From NCBI GenBank assembly GCA_040754455.1, contig JBFMCP010000009.1:22337-86336 (forward strand): a DNA stretch of 64,000 bases, read 5' to 3'. How positions within the stretch are numbered: the stretch's first letter is position 1; each line of letters begins with the position of its first letter. Under the pieces are notes generated by a model, which saw only the letters and a program-made list of their open reading frames with translations, ran no database searches and was not told the DNA's origin. Made by a program: the position numbers and the translations under genes. The DNA comes from Nitrospirota bacterium. GTDB lineage: Bacteria > Nitrospirota > Thermodesulfovibrionia > Thermodesulfovibrionales > Dissulfurispiraceae. This document shows, in pieces, positions 55,046-64,000 of the stretch.

Positions 55046-55077
55046 AAAAAGGCCATCCTTTCCTGGATGGCCTTTTT
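55046..55077. terminator. bidirectional intrinsic terminator
   Basis: AAAAAGGCCATCC-TTTCCT-GGATGGCCTTTTT between convergent genes. Confidence 0.85.
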
Positions 55078-55098
55078 ATTGATGGCTGGAATCACCTC

Positions 55099-55503
55099 TT
55101 AAATGCTTTTAACGGGTACTTCTGCAAGACGTGGCCGCACCTCGATGCCGTTCTTGAGCATTTTGTGGATGGGGCAGTGGTAGGAGACCTTGAAGAGCCG
55201 TTCACGATCAGCGGCAGAGAGGTTGCCGCTCACTTGGATGGAAAGATCGATATGCTCTTTCGGTTCGCTCAGGTACTGCAACTCTATCTCCACCCCGCTC
55301 ACTTCCATATCATGGTGCCTGGAGTATGTGTTGAGGAGGAGCGCTGTACAGGCGCCAAGGCTTGCGAGCAGCATGCCATAGGGCGTCAGCTCATCGAGGT
55401 GCTCGATCTTGTGGGGCTCTGCCCGGCCAGGCTCATCAGGGTACTGTGCCCTGTAGCTTGTCTCGAAATCTTTATCCTGAAATACGATCACCTTTTCGGC
55501 CAT
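55099..55503 (-). CDS. OsmC-family protein
   Basis: TPYGMLLASLGAC..CPIHKML. Confidence 0.82.
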   Translation of the reverse strand: MAEKVIVFQDKDFETSYRAQYPDEPGRAEPHKIEHLDELTPYGMLLASLGACTALLLNTYSRHHDMEVSGVEIELQYLSEPKEHIDLSIQVSGNLSAADRERLFKVSYHCPIHKMLKNGIEVRPRLAEVPVKSI

Positions 55504-55856
55504 AGTACTATCCCCAGGCCCTCAAAGAGAAATCCCGGCACCCCTCCGGAAAAGCCGTTGATGGAGAGAAAGCCATAAGCGAAAAAAGATGAGAGATTCC
55601 CGAGCATTCGTAACCCCTCCCTTATAACCATTTAGCAGCATTTCACTGGTATGTCAAGAAGATACTCGGAGAGCAATTGTAGGGAGCGAGGAACGTGCCG
55701 GATACCGAACCTCGTGAAATCGCTTCCATAGGTGTGTTGTATTCGTTTGATCACCGCTTCTCTCATAAATGTGTATCTTGATATGAAGGTGAAGCACTGA
55801 GAAAAGCGCTGTTGCTGTTGTGTCGACTACCGGTCTTCCGTGCAGTAATCAGAGCC

Positions 55857-56255
55857 TCAGCGCTGTCGCGCGGTCCGGCGCTGTGGTGCTTTTGGAGCAG
55901 CATTGTTATATTGTATGGCGATTTTGTAGTCGATCCGTGTGTGGTCGTCTCCATGACAGACGAGCTCGCCTTTGCTTGAGGCCTTATGACCCTTTAGCAT
56001 GGTGCGGATAACGGGTTCCAGATCAAAGCCGCCATGGACACAGCCGTGCTTCATGCATTCCATATGAAAATAAGCCGCACTGCCGGGGAAAAAATTGACC
56101 GTGCGCTGCATGAATGACAGCCCTGAGTCTTCATAATAGTAGTCCATGGAGATGACAATAGTTGCAACATCAGGGAAACGGGAGGACATCAGACCTGCAT
56201 CAAGCTTCTGCTGCTTTCTCTCGAACTTTTCGGCATTTCTCTGCCTGCTGAGCAT
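55857..56255 (-). CDS. hypothetical protein downstream of the cold-shock gene
   Basis: AGGAGG RBS; CMKHGCVHGGFDL. Confidence 0.7.
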   Translation of the reverse strand: MLSRQRNAEKFERKQQKLDAGLMSSRFPDVATIVISMDYYYEDSGLSFMQRTVNFFPGSAAYFHMECMKHGCVHGGFDLEPVIRTMLKGHKASSKGELVCHGDDHTRIDYKIAIQYNNAAPKAPQRRTARQR

Positions 56256-56307
56256 GTGGTTCCTCCTTAAAGAAGAGCCCCCTGCATGTTGCAGGGGGCC
56301 TTTCTCT

Positions 56308-56508
56308 TTACTGTTTTACAACGTTGACTGCCTTGGGGCCCTTAGGGCCCTTCTCGACGTCAAAGCTGACTTTGTCTCCCTCGGCAAGGGTTTTGAAGCC
56401 ATTGCTCTGGATGGACGTGTGGTGGACAAATACATCGGTGTCGTCATTACTGGTGATAAAGCCGAAACCTTTGGAATCATTGAACCACTTTACTGTTCCT
56501 TCAGTCAT
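56308..56508 (-). CDS. cold-shock protein
   Basis: VKWFN, KGFGFI, VFVH. Confidence 0.96.
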   Translation of the reverse strand: MTEGTVKWFNDSKGFGFITSNDDTDVFVHHTSIQSNGFKTLAEGDKVSFDVEKGPKGPKAVNVVKQ

Positions 56509-56554
56509 TGTGTTCCTCCTTACTGGTTAGTTGAACTTTCAGAAGGGCACAAAT

Positions 56555-56586
56555 AAAAAAGCCACAAAGCTAAAAGTCTTTGCGGC
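56555..56586 (-). terminator. terminator-like hairpin in the csp leader
   Basis: GCCGCAAAG-8 nt-CTTTGTGGC-TTTTTT on the minus strand. Confidence 0.65.
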
Positions 56587-56622
56587 CGTGAATGGGCTAA
56601 AAACTTCTGAAACTCTATTTAT

Positions 56623-56651
56623 ATATTACCACATCGGCGGGTAATAAGCAA
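56623..56651 (-). promoter_or_regulatory. sigma70-type promoter of csp
   Basis: TTGCTT-17 nt-TAATAT. Confidence 0.55.
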
Positions 56652-56695
56652 TTAAATTAAGAGGTTTCCAGCAGGACCGCCTATGGCGCCTGCTA

Positions 56696-57940
56696 CTACG
56701 CCTTATTTTTGCGTACGAGATGCGACTGCCCGGCGTTCCTCTGAGAGGTGAAGGAGGTGCGTCTCGGTGCGGGGCGTTGCTGCGGACGCGCTGCCCCGCT
56801 GCCTTTATGGGCTGAGGCAGCGCCGTAATCGAAGCCGTCCACTGTCCGGCGCTCAATGGTGCTGCCGATGACCTGTTCGATAGCGCGCACCATATCTTTA
56901 TCCTCTTTGGTCACCAGCGTATACGCATCACCGTTCCTTGAGGCGCGGCCGGTCCTGCCGATACGATGAATGTAGGCCTCGGTAGTGCCGGGGATATCAT
57001 AATTGATGACATGCGAGACCTGGTTCACATCGATCCCGCGCGCAGCGATATCGGTCGCCACCAGGATCTGGACCGTGCCGTTACGGAAACCGTTCATCGC
57101 TTCCTGCCGCCGCGTCTGCGAGAGATTGCCCTGGAGCGAAGCAGTACGGTACCCGGTCCTTGCCAGATGCTCTGCCAGACGCGTCGCCCGATGTTTTGTG
57201 CGGGTGAAGATAAGTACCGACCTGGTATCGGTATGGCGCAGCAATTTGACCAGCAGCGGCGTCTTCAGATGTTGTTCAACGGGATAGAGCGCATGACTGA
57301 CCGTCTCTGCCGGTGCAGCAGTGTCCACCCGGAGCGTGATCGGATCGTTAAGCACATCGTGGGCCAGATGCCGGATCTCTTCGGGCATCGTGGCTGAAAA
57401 GAGCAGCGTCTGCCGCTGCTGCGGAAGATGTTGCAGGATCTTCCGGATATCAGGGAAAAACCCCATGTCGAACATGTGATCGGCTTCATCAAGCACAAGC
57501 GCTTCGAGCCGTGATAGATCGATCGTCTTCTGGTCGATATGGTCAAGAAGCCTTCCCGGGCAGGCAACGACTATTTCGGCACCGCGCCTCAGCTTATCAA
57601 CCTGGGGAGTAAAGCCTACGCCGCCATAGATCGTCACACTCCTGAGGCCGGTTTTCCTTCCCATCGTACTGATTGATGTATGTATCTGCTCTGCGAGTTC
57701 GCGCGTAGGAGCGATAACGAGTGCTCGCACGTGCTTGCGCCCGCCGTGGATCAGGCGATGCAGAATAGGCAGCACAAAAGCAGCGGTCTTACCTGTGCCG
57801 GTCTGCGCCAGACCCATTACATCGCGCCCCTGCATAACTGACGGGATCGCCTGCACCTGGATCGGCGTCGGTGTGGTATAGCCTGCAGCTGTAACTCCTG
57901 CAGCCACATGAGGATGCAAATCAAATTTCTGAAATTCCAT
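56696..57940 (-). CDS. DEAD-box RNA helicase (RhlE-like)
   Basis: AQTGTGKT, PTRELA, DEAD, SAT, HRIGRTGR. Confidence 0.95.
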   Translation of the reverse strand: MEFQKFDLHPHVAAGVTAAGYTTPTPIQVQAIPSVMQGRDVMGLAQTGTGKTAAFVLPILHRLIHGGRKHVRALVIAPTRELAEQIHTSISTMGRKTGLRSVTIYGGVGFTPQVDKLRRGAEIVVACPGRLLDHIDQKTIDLSRLEALVLDEADHMFDMGFFPDIRKILQHLPQQRQTLLFSATMPEEIRHLAHDVLNDPITLRVDTAAPAETVSHALYPVEQHLKTPLLVKLLRHTDTRSVLIFTRTKHRATRLAEHLARTGYRTASLQGNLSQTRRQEAMNGFRNGTVQILVATDIAARGIDVNQVSHVINYDIPGTTEAYIHRIGRTGRASRNGDAYTLVTKEDKDMVRAIEQVIGSTIERRTVDGFDYGAASAHKGSGAARPQQRPAPRRTSFTSQRNAGQSHLVRKNKA

Positions 57941-57972
57941 AAGTCTCCTTTATTATCTGCGTTCGGGGAAAC

Positions 57973-58001
57973 AAAAAAAGCCCCGGTGTATTCCGGGGCT
58001 T
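57973..58001 (-). terminator. terminator in the helicase leader
   Basis: AAGCCCCGG-AATACA-CCGGGGCTT-TTTTT on the minus strand, ~30 nt before the ATG. Confidence 0.7.
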
Positions 58002-58047
58002 ACTATGGCGAGTTAGTTTGGTCCGGTAATAGCAGTAGTTGCTATTA

Positions 58048-58077
58048 ACCATAGCAGTTTTGGAGGTGTGCTGTCAA
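58048..58077 (-). promoter_or_regulatory. sigma70-type promoter of the helicase
   Basis: TTGACA-18 nt-TATGGT with extended TG. Confidence 0.55.
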
Positions 58078-58476
58078 GGAATAAAGTTAAGGTGCCTTCG
58101 TCACTTTAAAGCTGGTGAGCACCTTTTCGAAGGTGGCGATGTCCTTATCAAAGTAATATCGCTGGGCAGCGGCATAAAAGACATTCCGTGCTCTATAAAA
58201 AGAGATAAAGGGGACAGGAGTCATGGTCGTCAATCGCAGAACGTCCTATTTACCAAACCGTTCGATCACCTGCCTGACGAACAGTTGCCGTTCTGCATCG
58301 TGGAAGCTCCTGAGCAATGATCTCTCTTTCTGGCAGCGCTCGTGATGAGGGCGTCGAAGGAGACCAGTGAGAATAAAGAATTGAAGCTCCGCCTCCATCC
58401 TGCTATAGTTTAAAAAAGCACCGGACACTAACCATTCCGAGGTAAACCCTTATCACAGCTCTCAAGAGGTGATAAT

Positions 58477-59970
58477 ATGAATACTGCTTCTTTTTGGAAA
58501 GGCACGGCGCAGGAGGTCAGCTTTTCTTCGCTCTCTCAGGACCTGGACACTGATGTGGCCATCATCGGCGGCGGGATCACCGGGATCACCGCAGCTCACC
58601 TGTTAGCACAAGCCGGAAAGAGCGTGGTGGTCCTTGAGGCAATGAAGGTGGGATTGGGCACGACCGGCCACTCGACCGGTAACCTCCATGTTACCGTCGA
58701 TCAGAGCTTGTCTGCGATCAGAAACACGTGGGACCAGAAGACGGCAACGGCGGTGGCGAGGTCACGCAGCGAAACAATCGATGCCATCGAACGCGTTGTT
58801 GCCGAATACAATATCCCCTGCAATTTCTTCCGCCGCCCTCATTATATCTTCCCCACCGACAGCTCCCAGGTGCCGCAGATGGAGCAGGAGTATCGGACGC
58901 TCAGGGATGCCGGGGTGGATGCAACTATTATCCGTGAGGTCCCGCTTCCCTTCCGGGTCGAACAGGCACTCAGGATAGAGCACCAGGCGCAGTTCCATCC
59001 GCTGATGTATGTGCGTATGCTGGCGAAAGCGATTGCGACGGACCGCTGCAGGATCTTTGAGGATTCCAAAGTCATCGAGATCGATGATGACAGGATGACT
59101 GTTTCAACTGCCCATGGCAAGGTGCGTGCCGAAGCTATCATCATGGCCATGCATACTCCTAAAGGATTCAACGTCCTCCAGACAGAGCTCGGCCCCTATC
59201 GCGAGTACGGCATAGCGGCCCGGTTGACTGATGACCGCTATCCCGAAGGACTTTTCTGAAGCCTGGAAGAGCCGAGCCACTCTATTCGTTCCTATGAGAT
59301 GAACGGAACGAACTATCTGATCGTGATCGGCGAAGAACATAAGGTCGGCCAGCAGGACAACAAAGAGGACTACTTCCGCAAGGTGGAGGATTTCACCAGG
59401 GCACATTTCAATGGGACAACGATCGAATACCGCTGGTCGGCACAGAACTACCGCCCGGCTGACGGTCTGCCTTTCATCGGCAGATCGGTGGGCTCGGATC
59501 ACGTATATATCGCCACCGGATTTGCGACCAACGGACTGCTCTACGGCCCGCTGGCAGCAGCGATCATTACAGACGAAATCCTGGGGCGTACCAACCCATG
59601 GGAACACACCTACACGTCAAAGCGCTTCACCCCGGCCAAGTCAGCCAAAGGGTTCGTGACAGAGAACGTGAATGTCGCGAAGCAATACATCAAGGATTAT
59701 CTGACCCATAGGCATGTCATGAAATTGCGGGAAGTGACGCCCGACGAAGGAGGGCTTGTCGACGTAAAAGGCGAAAAGCTGGCGGTGTATCATGACGTGA
59801 ACGGTCAGAGGACCGCGGTTTCGCCCACCTGTACGCACCTCGGATGCATTGTCCATTGGAACCGGATGGAAAAGAGCTGGGATTGCCCCTGCCACGGCAG
59901 CCGCTTCAGCTCGGACGGTGAAGTGATCGAGGGACCAGCGATTGCTCCCTTGGAAAGAAAGCGCATATAG
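58477..59970 (+). pseudogene. FAD-dependent oxidoreductase with C-terminal Rieske domain (YhfW-like), in-frame TGA at 59257..59259
   Basis: GGGITG, CTHLGC, CPCHGS; the two ORFs share one frame separated by a single TGA. Confidence 0.8.
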
Positions 59971-60360
59971 GAAAACTTTTTTCTTGTCCCTCCATCTGAA
60001 ATGGAGGATGACCCCGGCGGCGAGCCAGAGCACCACAGGACGCTGCAGTCGTGCAATGGACCGTTCCCACTTTTTCTCTTTTCTCATAGATGCACCTCCT
60101 AGTGGTATGCGCCTATGCCGCCGGCAATGGTTCACTGTAGTGGAGTGCAGGGTAAGTACCATTTTTATCGTTATGAAAAAGCAGATACTTGCCGTCGGGC
60201 ATGAAGGGAAAACCCTACATCCCCTGCTGTTTTGCGTGTAGGACAAAGCCTACGGCGTGCCATTCGATAATCCCCTTTGCCTCATGGTATACTGAAAAGC
60301 TCAGCTGTTTTAATGTGCTGAGCGCATAATACCGCATAAAGAAGAAAGGTTGTACCTGCA

Positions 60361-62046
60361 ATGAGTAATGAGCCGAATAAAGTGATCTACTCCATGATCG
60401 GAGTAAGCAAGTACTATGACAAGAAACCGGTGCTGAAAGACATTTCTCTCTCTTATTTCTATGGGGCGAAGATCGGTGTCATCGGTCTGAACGGGTCGGG
60501 GAAAAGCTCCCTGCTCCGTATACTCGCAGGAAAAGACAAGGAATTCAACGGCGAGATCGCCCTTTCTCCCGGCTATACCGTCGGCCTCCTCGAACAGGAG
60601 CCGCAGCTGGATGACAGCAAAACGGTGAGACAGATCGTGGAAGAGGGCGTGCAGGAGATCGTTGATACGCTCAATGAATACAATACCATCAACGAAAAGT
60701 TAGCCGAGCCCATGTCGGATGATGAGGTGAGCAAGCTCATCGAGCGGCAGGGCAAGGTGCAGGAAAAGCTCGATGCGCTGGATGCCTGGGACCTGGATTC
60801 GAAACTCGAAATGGCGATGGATGCCCTGCGCTGCCCGCCGGGTGATACGCCGGTGAAGGTGCTCTCTGGAGGTGAGCGGCGCCGTGTGGCCCTCTGCAGG
60901 CTCCTCCTTCAGAAGCCTGATATCCTGCTTCTTGATGAGCCGACGAACCACCTTGATGCCGAGACCGTTGCCTGGCTTGAACACCATCTGCAGAATTACG
61001 CCGGCACGATCATCGCTGTGACACATGACCGCTATTTCCTCGATAACGTCGCTGGATGGATACTTGAGCTTGACCGGGGACAGGGGATCCCCTGGAAGGG
61101 GAACTATTCTTCATGGCTGGAACAGAAAAAAAACCGCTTGCAGCAGGAGGAGAAGGCAGAGAGCGAGCGGCAGAAGACGCTGCAGCGCGAGCTCGAATGG
61201 ATACGGATGTCGCCCAAGGGACGTCATGCAAAATCAAAGGCGCGCATCAATTCTTACGAGCAGCTTCTCAGCCAGGACGTCGATAAGCAGGCAAAAGAGC
61301 TCGAAATCTACATCCCGCCCGGACCGCGCCTCGGCAATGTCGTTGTCGAGGCCGAGAATGTGACAAAGGCATACGGCGACAACATCCTCATGGAGGGAAT
61401 GACCTTTTCCCTGCCGCCGGGCGGCATTATCGGCGTAATCGGCCCTAACGGAGCGGGGAAAACCACGCTCTTCAGGATGATCACCGGACAGGAGCAGCCC
61501 GATTCGGGAACTTTTAAAATAGGAGAAACGGTCAAGCTCGGCTACGTTGACCAAAGCCGGAGCACACTCGATCCGGACAGGACGATCTGGGAGGTAATCT
61601 CCGGCGGTGAAGACATGATCCAGCTCGGCAAGCGCGAGGTCAGCTCACGCGCCTATGTGGCGCGCTTCAATTTCTCGGGAAGCGATCAGCAGAAAAGGGT
61701 CTCGATGCTCTCCGGCGGCGAGCGGAACCGTGTTCATCTCGCCCGCATGCTGCGGGAAGGGGCCAACGTCATCCTGCTCGACGAACCGACAAACGACCTG
61801 GACGTGAACACTATGCGCGCGCTCGAAGAGGCGCTGGAGAATTTCGCCGGCTGCGCTGTGGTCATCAGCCACGACCGCTGGTTCCTCGACCGTATCGCGA
61901 CGCATATCCTCGCCTTTGAGGGCGACAGCAAGGTGGTGTGGTTCGATGGAAATTATTCGGAATACGAGGCTGACCGGAAGGCCCGCCTCGGCGCTGCCGC
62001 TGACCAGCCTCACCGTATCAAATATCGTCATCTGACGAGAGGGTAA
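60361..62046 (+). CDS. ettA: energy-dependent translational throttle protein EttA
   Basis: Tandem ABC domains without TMs, [35 protein letters not shown] end. Confidence 0.93.
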   Translation: MSNEPNKVIYSMIGVSKYYDKKPVLKDISLSYFYGAKIGVIGLNGSGKSSLLRILAGKDKEFNGEIALSPGYTVGLLEQEPQLDDSKTVRQIVEEGVQEIVDTLNEYNTINEKLAEPMSDDEVSKLIERQGKVQEKLDALDAWDLDSKLEMAMDALRCPPGDTPVKVLSGGERRRVALCRLLLQKPDILLLDEPTNHLDAETVAWLEHHLQNYAGTIIAVTHDRYFLDNVAGWILELDRGQGIPWKGNYSSWLEQKKNRLQQEEKAESERQKTLQRELEWIRMSPKGRHAKSKARINSYEQLLSQDVDKQAKELEIYIPPGPRLGNVVVEAENVTKAYGDNILMEGMTFSLPPGGIIGVIGPNGAGKTTLFRMITGQEQPDSGTFKIGETVKLGYVDQSRSTLDPDRTIWEVISGGEDMIQLGKREVSSRAYVARFNFSGSDQQKRVSMLSGGERNRVHLARMLREGANVILLDEPTNDLDVNTMRALEEALENFAGCAVVISHDRWFLDRIATHILAFEGDSKVVWFDGNYSEYEADRKARLGAAADQPHRIKYRHLTRG

Positions 62047-62067
62047 CCCCACTCCGCACTCCCCTAT

Positions 62068-62221
62068 GGGTGGCGGGAAGGGGCACTCCAAGGAGCTTTC
62101 TCAATACGCATTCATTGGAATTGATCTGCCCACACTTTTCTCCATTAAAGAGATGGCATGAAGAGAGTTTGAGTCATTTATGGGAGCTAAGGAGGCACTC
62201 TAAAGCTCCTTCCCGCCACCC
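62068..62221 (+). repeat. copy 4 of the structured repeat
   Basis: GGGTGGCGGGAAGG/CCTTCCCGCCACCC, AAGGAGCTTT/AAAGCTCCTT, shared GATCTGC..CACTT and GAGTTTG blocks. Confidence 0.75.
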
Positions 62222-62341
62222 CTTTTGATGCGATTGCCCTGTCCCAGAGCCGCTGTGCGCTGTGGCAGGAAAATGCCAAGTAGGGTATACTTAACTGGGG
62301 TGTTTTACTTAAAAAATAAAGCAGCACGGGGGGTGGCACCT

Positions 62342-62833
62342 ATGGAATTCAGCATCCGACGGGTAAGGGAATCCGACGGTAGCAAGATCATCGGTATCTT
62401 CAATTATCATGCAGGAAATAGTCTTGCCGCGTATCCGGTCGAAACAGCGACCCTACATCTCTTCGATCAGCTCAGGGAGACGACCTGCGGCACGTCCTTT
62501 TATGTCATCGAAAAGGATCAGAGTGAAGTGGTCGGTTTCGGCCTGCTGAAAGAGCACCATCCTTCAGCGGCATTCTGCAGGACTGCGGATTTGGCGTACC
62601 TCATCTCCCCTGGATTTCGAAACCAGGGGTTGGGGTCAATGCTCTTCGATGTCCTGATCAATGATGCAAAAAAGATGAAGATCGTGACGCTGCTTGCGGG
62701 CATCTCCTCTCTGGACGAGGAGAGTATCACCTTTCACCGGAAAAAGGGGTTCGGAGAATGCGGGCGCTTCAAGAAAGTCGGCATCAAGCACGGGAAAGAG
62801 TTCGATGTCGTCTGGATGCAGAAATTCATCTGA
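62342..62833 (+). CDS. GNAT N-acetyltransferase (phosphinothricin acetyltransferase-like), copy 1
   Basis: RNQGLGS, SITFHRKKGF, FDVVWMQK. Confidence 0.85.
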   Translation: MEFSIRRVRESDGSKIIGIFNYHAGNSLAAYPVETATLHLFDQLRETTCGTSFYVIEKDQSEVVGFGLLKEHHPSAAFCRTADLAYLISPGFRNQGLGSMLFDVLINDAKKMKIVTLLAGISSLDEESITFHRKKGFGECGRFKKVGIKHGKEFDVVWMQKFI

Positions 62834-62896
62834 GCAGGCACAATTGACAGAGACAGCGTTATTTATTACACTCTGGTAGATGCGGGGGAGGACGTC

Positions 62897-63151
62897 ATGT
62901 TTGCATTGCTGCTTTTGCTGATCATCGTGCTGCTCGTCGCCATCTTTTCGATCCAGAACGCGGCGCCGGTCATCATTACCTTTTTCTTGTGGAGGTTCGA
63001 GGCCTCTCTTGCCATAGTCATCTTTCTTTCGGTGCTCACCGGAGTCCTGATCATGATGATCATACACTCCTCACGAGCGATCAGCAGGCGCTTCAAACAG
63101 CAGAAGACACCGGTCCCGCAGGAACGGCCGGACAACAAAGAAGTGCAATAA
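62897..63151 (+). CDS. LapA-family membrane protein
   Basis: FSIQNAAPVIITFFLW..SLAIVI. Confidence 0.75.
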   Translation: MFALLLLLIIVLLVAIFSIQNAAPVIITFFLWRFEASLAIVIFLSVLTGVLIMMIIHSSRAISRRFKQQKTPVPQERPDNKEVQ

Positions 63152-63273
63152 TCACTACCCCGTACTCCTGAGCATCCGGCACCTCCTTCGAACAAAACAA
63201 ACACAAAAAGATAGAATAAATAATATGTTATTCGTTGTGTAGTGTACGTACGAACCATTCCACGCCGGAAGCA

Positions 63274-63754
63274 ATGGCAGAGTTCAGCATTCACCGGGTC
63301 CGCGAATCTGACGGCATCAAGATCTTCAACCACTATGTGGAGCACAGCTTTTCCGCCTCTCTGGTGGGGATGACGACTCTTCTCTTTTTCGACAAGCTCA
63401 GAAATATGACCTGCGGATCGTCCTTTTACATTATCGAGAAGAATGCTGCCGAGGTGACCGGTTTCGGCCTGCTGAAAGAGCACCACCATGCAGCGGCATT
63501 TTCCAAAACCGCGGAGGTGGCGCACTTGATCGCCCCCGAGTATCTGCACCGCGAGTTGGGGACCATGCTTATGGACACCTGATCGAGGACGCACGGAACA
63601 TGAATAGCACCACCCTGTTCGCCAGTATCTGTTCACATGACGAGGACATCATTGAGTCCCATAAGCGCAGGGGGGGTGGAGAGCGCGTTTCAAAAAAGGC
63701 GGTGTCAAGTTCGGGAAAGAGTTCGATGTCGTCTGGATGCAGAAATTCATCTGA
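63274..63754 (+). pseudogene. frameshifted GNAT copy 2
   Basis: MAEFSIHRVRESDG start and TGGATGCAGAAATTCATCTGA end as in copy 1; frame breaks near 63575 and further downstream. Confidence 0.8.
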
Positions 63755-63834
63755 GCGCCGGGAAGAGCGGGAGAAATATCCGCCAGGAGTGGGGTATACT
63801 ATAAGACCACATCTTATTGTAGATAGGAGCATCG

Positions 63835-64000
63835 ATGGAATTCAGCATTCGACGGGTACGGGAGTCCGACGGCAGCAAGATCGTCGGCATATTTAATCAC
63901 TACGTAAAGAACAGTTTCGCCGCTCATCCGGTCGAAACAGCGACCTTACATCTCTTCGACCAGCTCAGGGAGATGACCTGCGGCACGTCCTTTTATGTCA
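63835..64000 (+). CDS. GNAT copy 3 (3' end outside window)
   Basis: MEFSIRRVRESDGSKIVGIFNHY, nearly identical to copy 1; AGGAG RBS. Confidence 0.8.
   Translation, partial: MEFSIRRVRESDGSKIVGIFNHYVKNSFAAHPVETATLHLFDQLREMTCGTSFYV

Noticed and set aside
58087..58224. Minus-strand 45-codon ORF ending YYFDKDIATFEKVLTSFKVTKAP
   Set aside because: May be a gene remnant but is too short to assign

Overview
Bacterial chromosomal window containing the replication origin region. Gene content and style suggest an anaerobic Nitrospirota or deltaproteobacterium-like organism (inference). Left to right: a glycogen/alpha-glucan cluster (two tandem GH57/DUF3536 genes, debranching enzyme, GT4), family-4 UDG, a DUF3373 outer-membrane protein, a PIN-type toxin-antitoxin pair between 28-bp direct repeats, split transketolase, ftsE-ftsX-envC-ctpA, uvrC, PBP1A, parA-parB, a B12-radical SAM plus type III PKS pair, pyrG-kdsB, lnt, prfB (programmed +1 frameshift), putative oriC, and dnaA-dnaN-gyrB. 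An accessory region follows: a mini IS256 relic, a PAS hybrid kinase, a free-standing copy of the RNA polymerase beta-prime SI3 insertion domain, a degenerate IS3 integrase-core ORF plus STAS gene behind a sigma54-type promoter, cls, citrate synthase, small genes with sigma54-type promoters, a csp/DEAD-box locus with leader terminators, an oxidoreductase with an in-frame TGA, ettA and three tandem GNAT copies. Most notable: the stand-alone SI3 gene, a four-copy ~155-bp repeat with compensatory stem changes, and the PKS/B12-radical SAM pair. All family assignments come from motif recognition by eye, not database searches.
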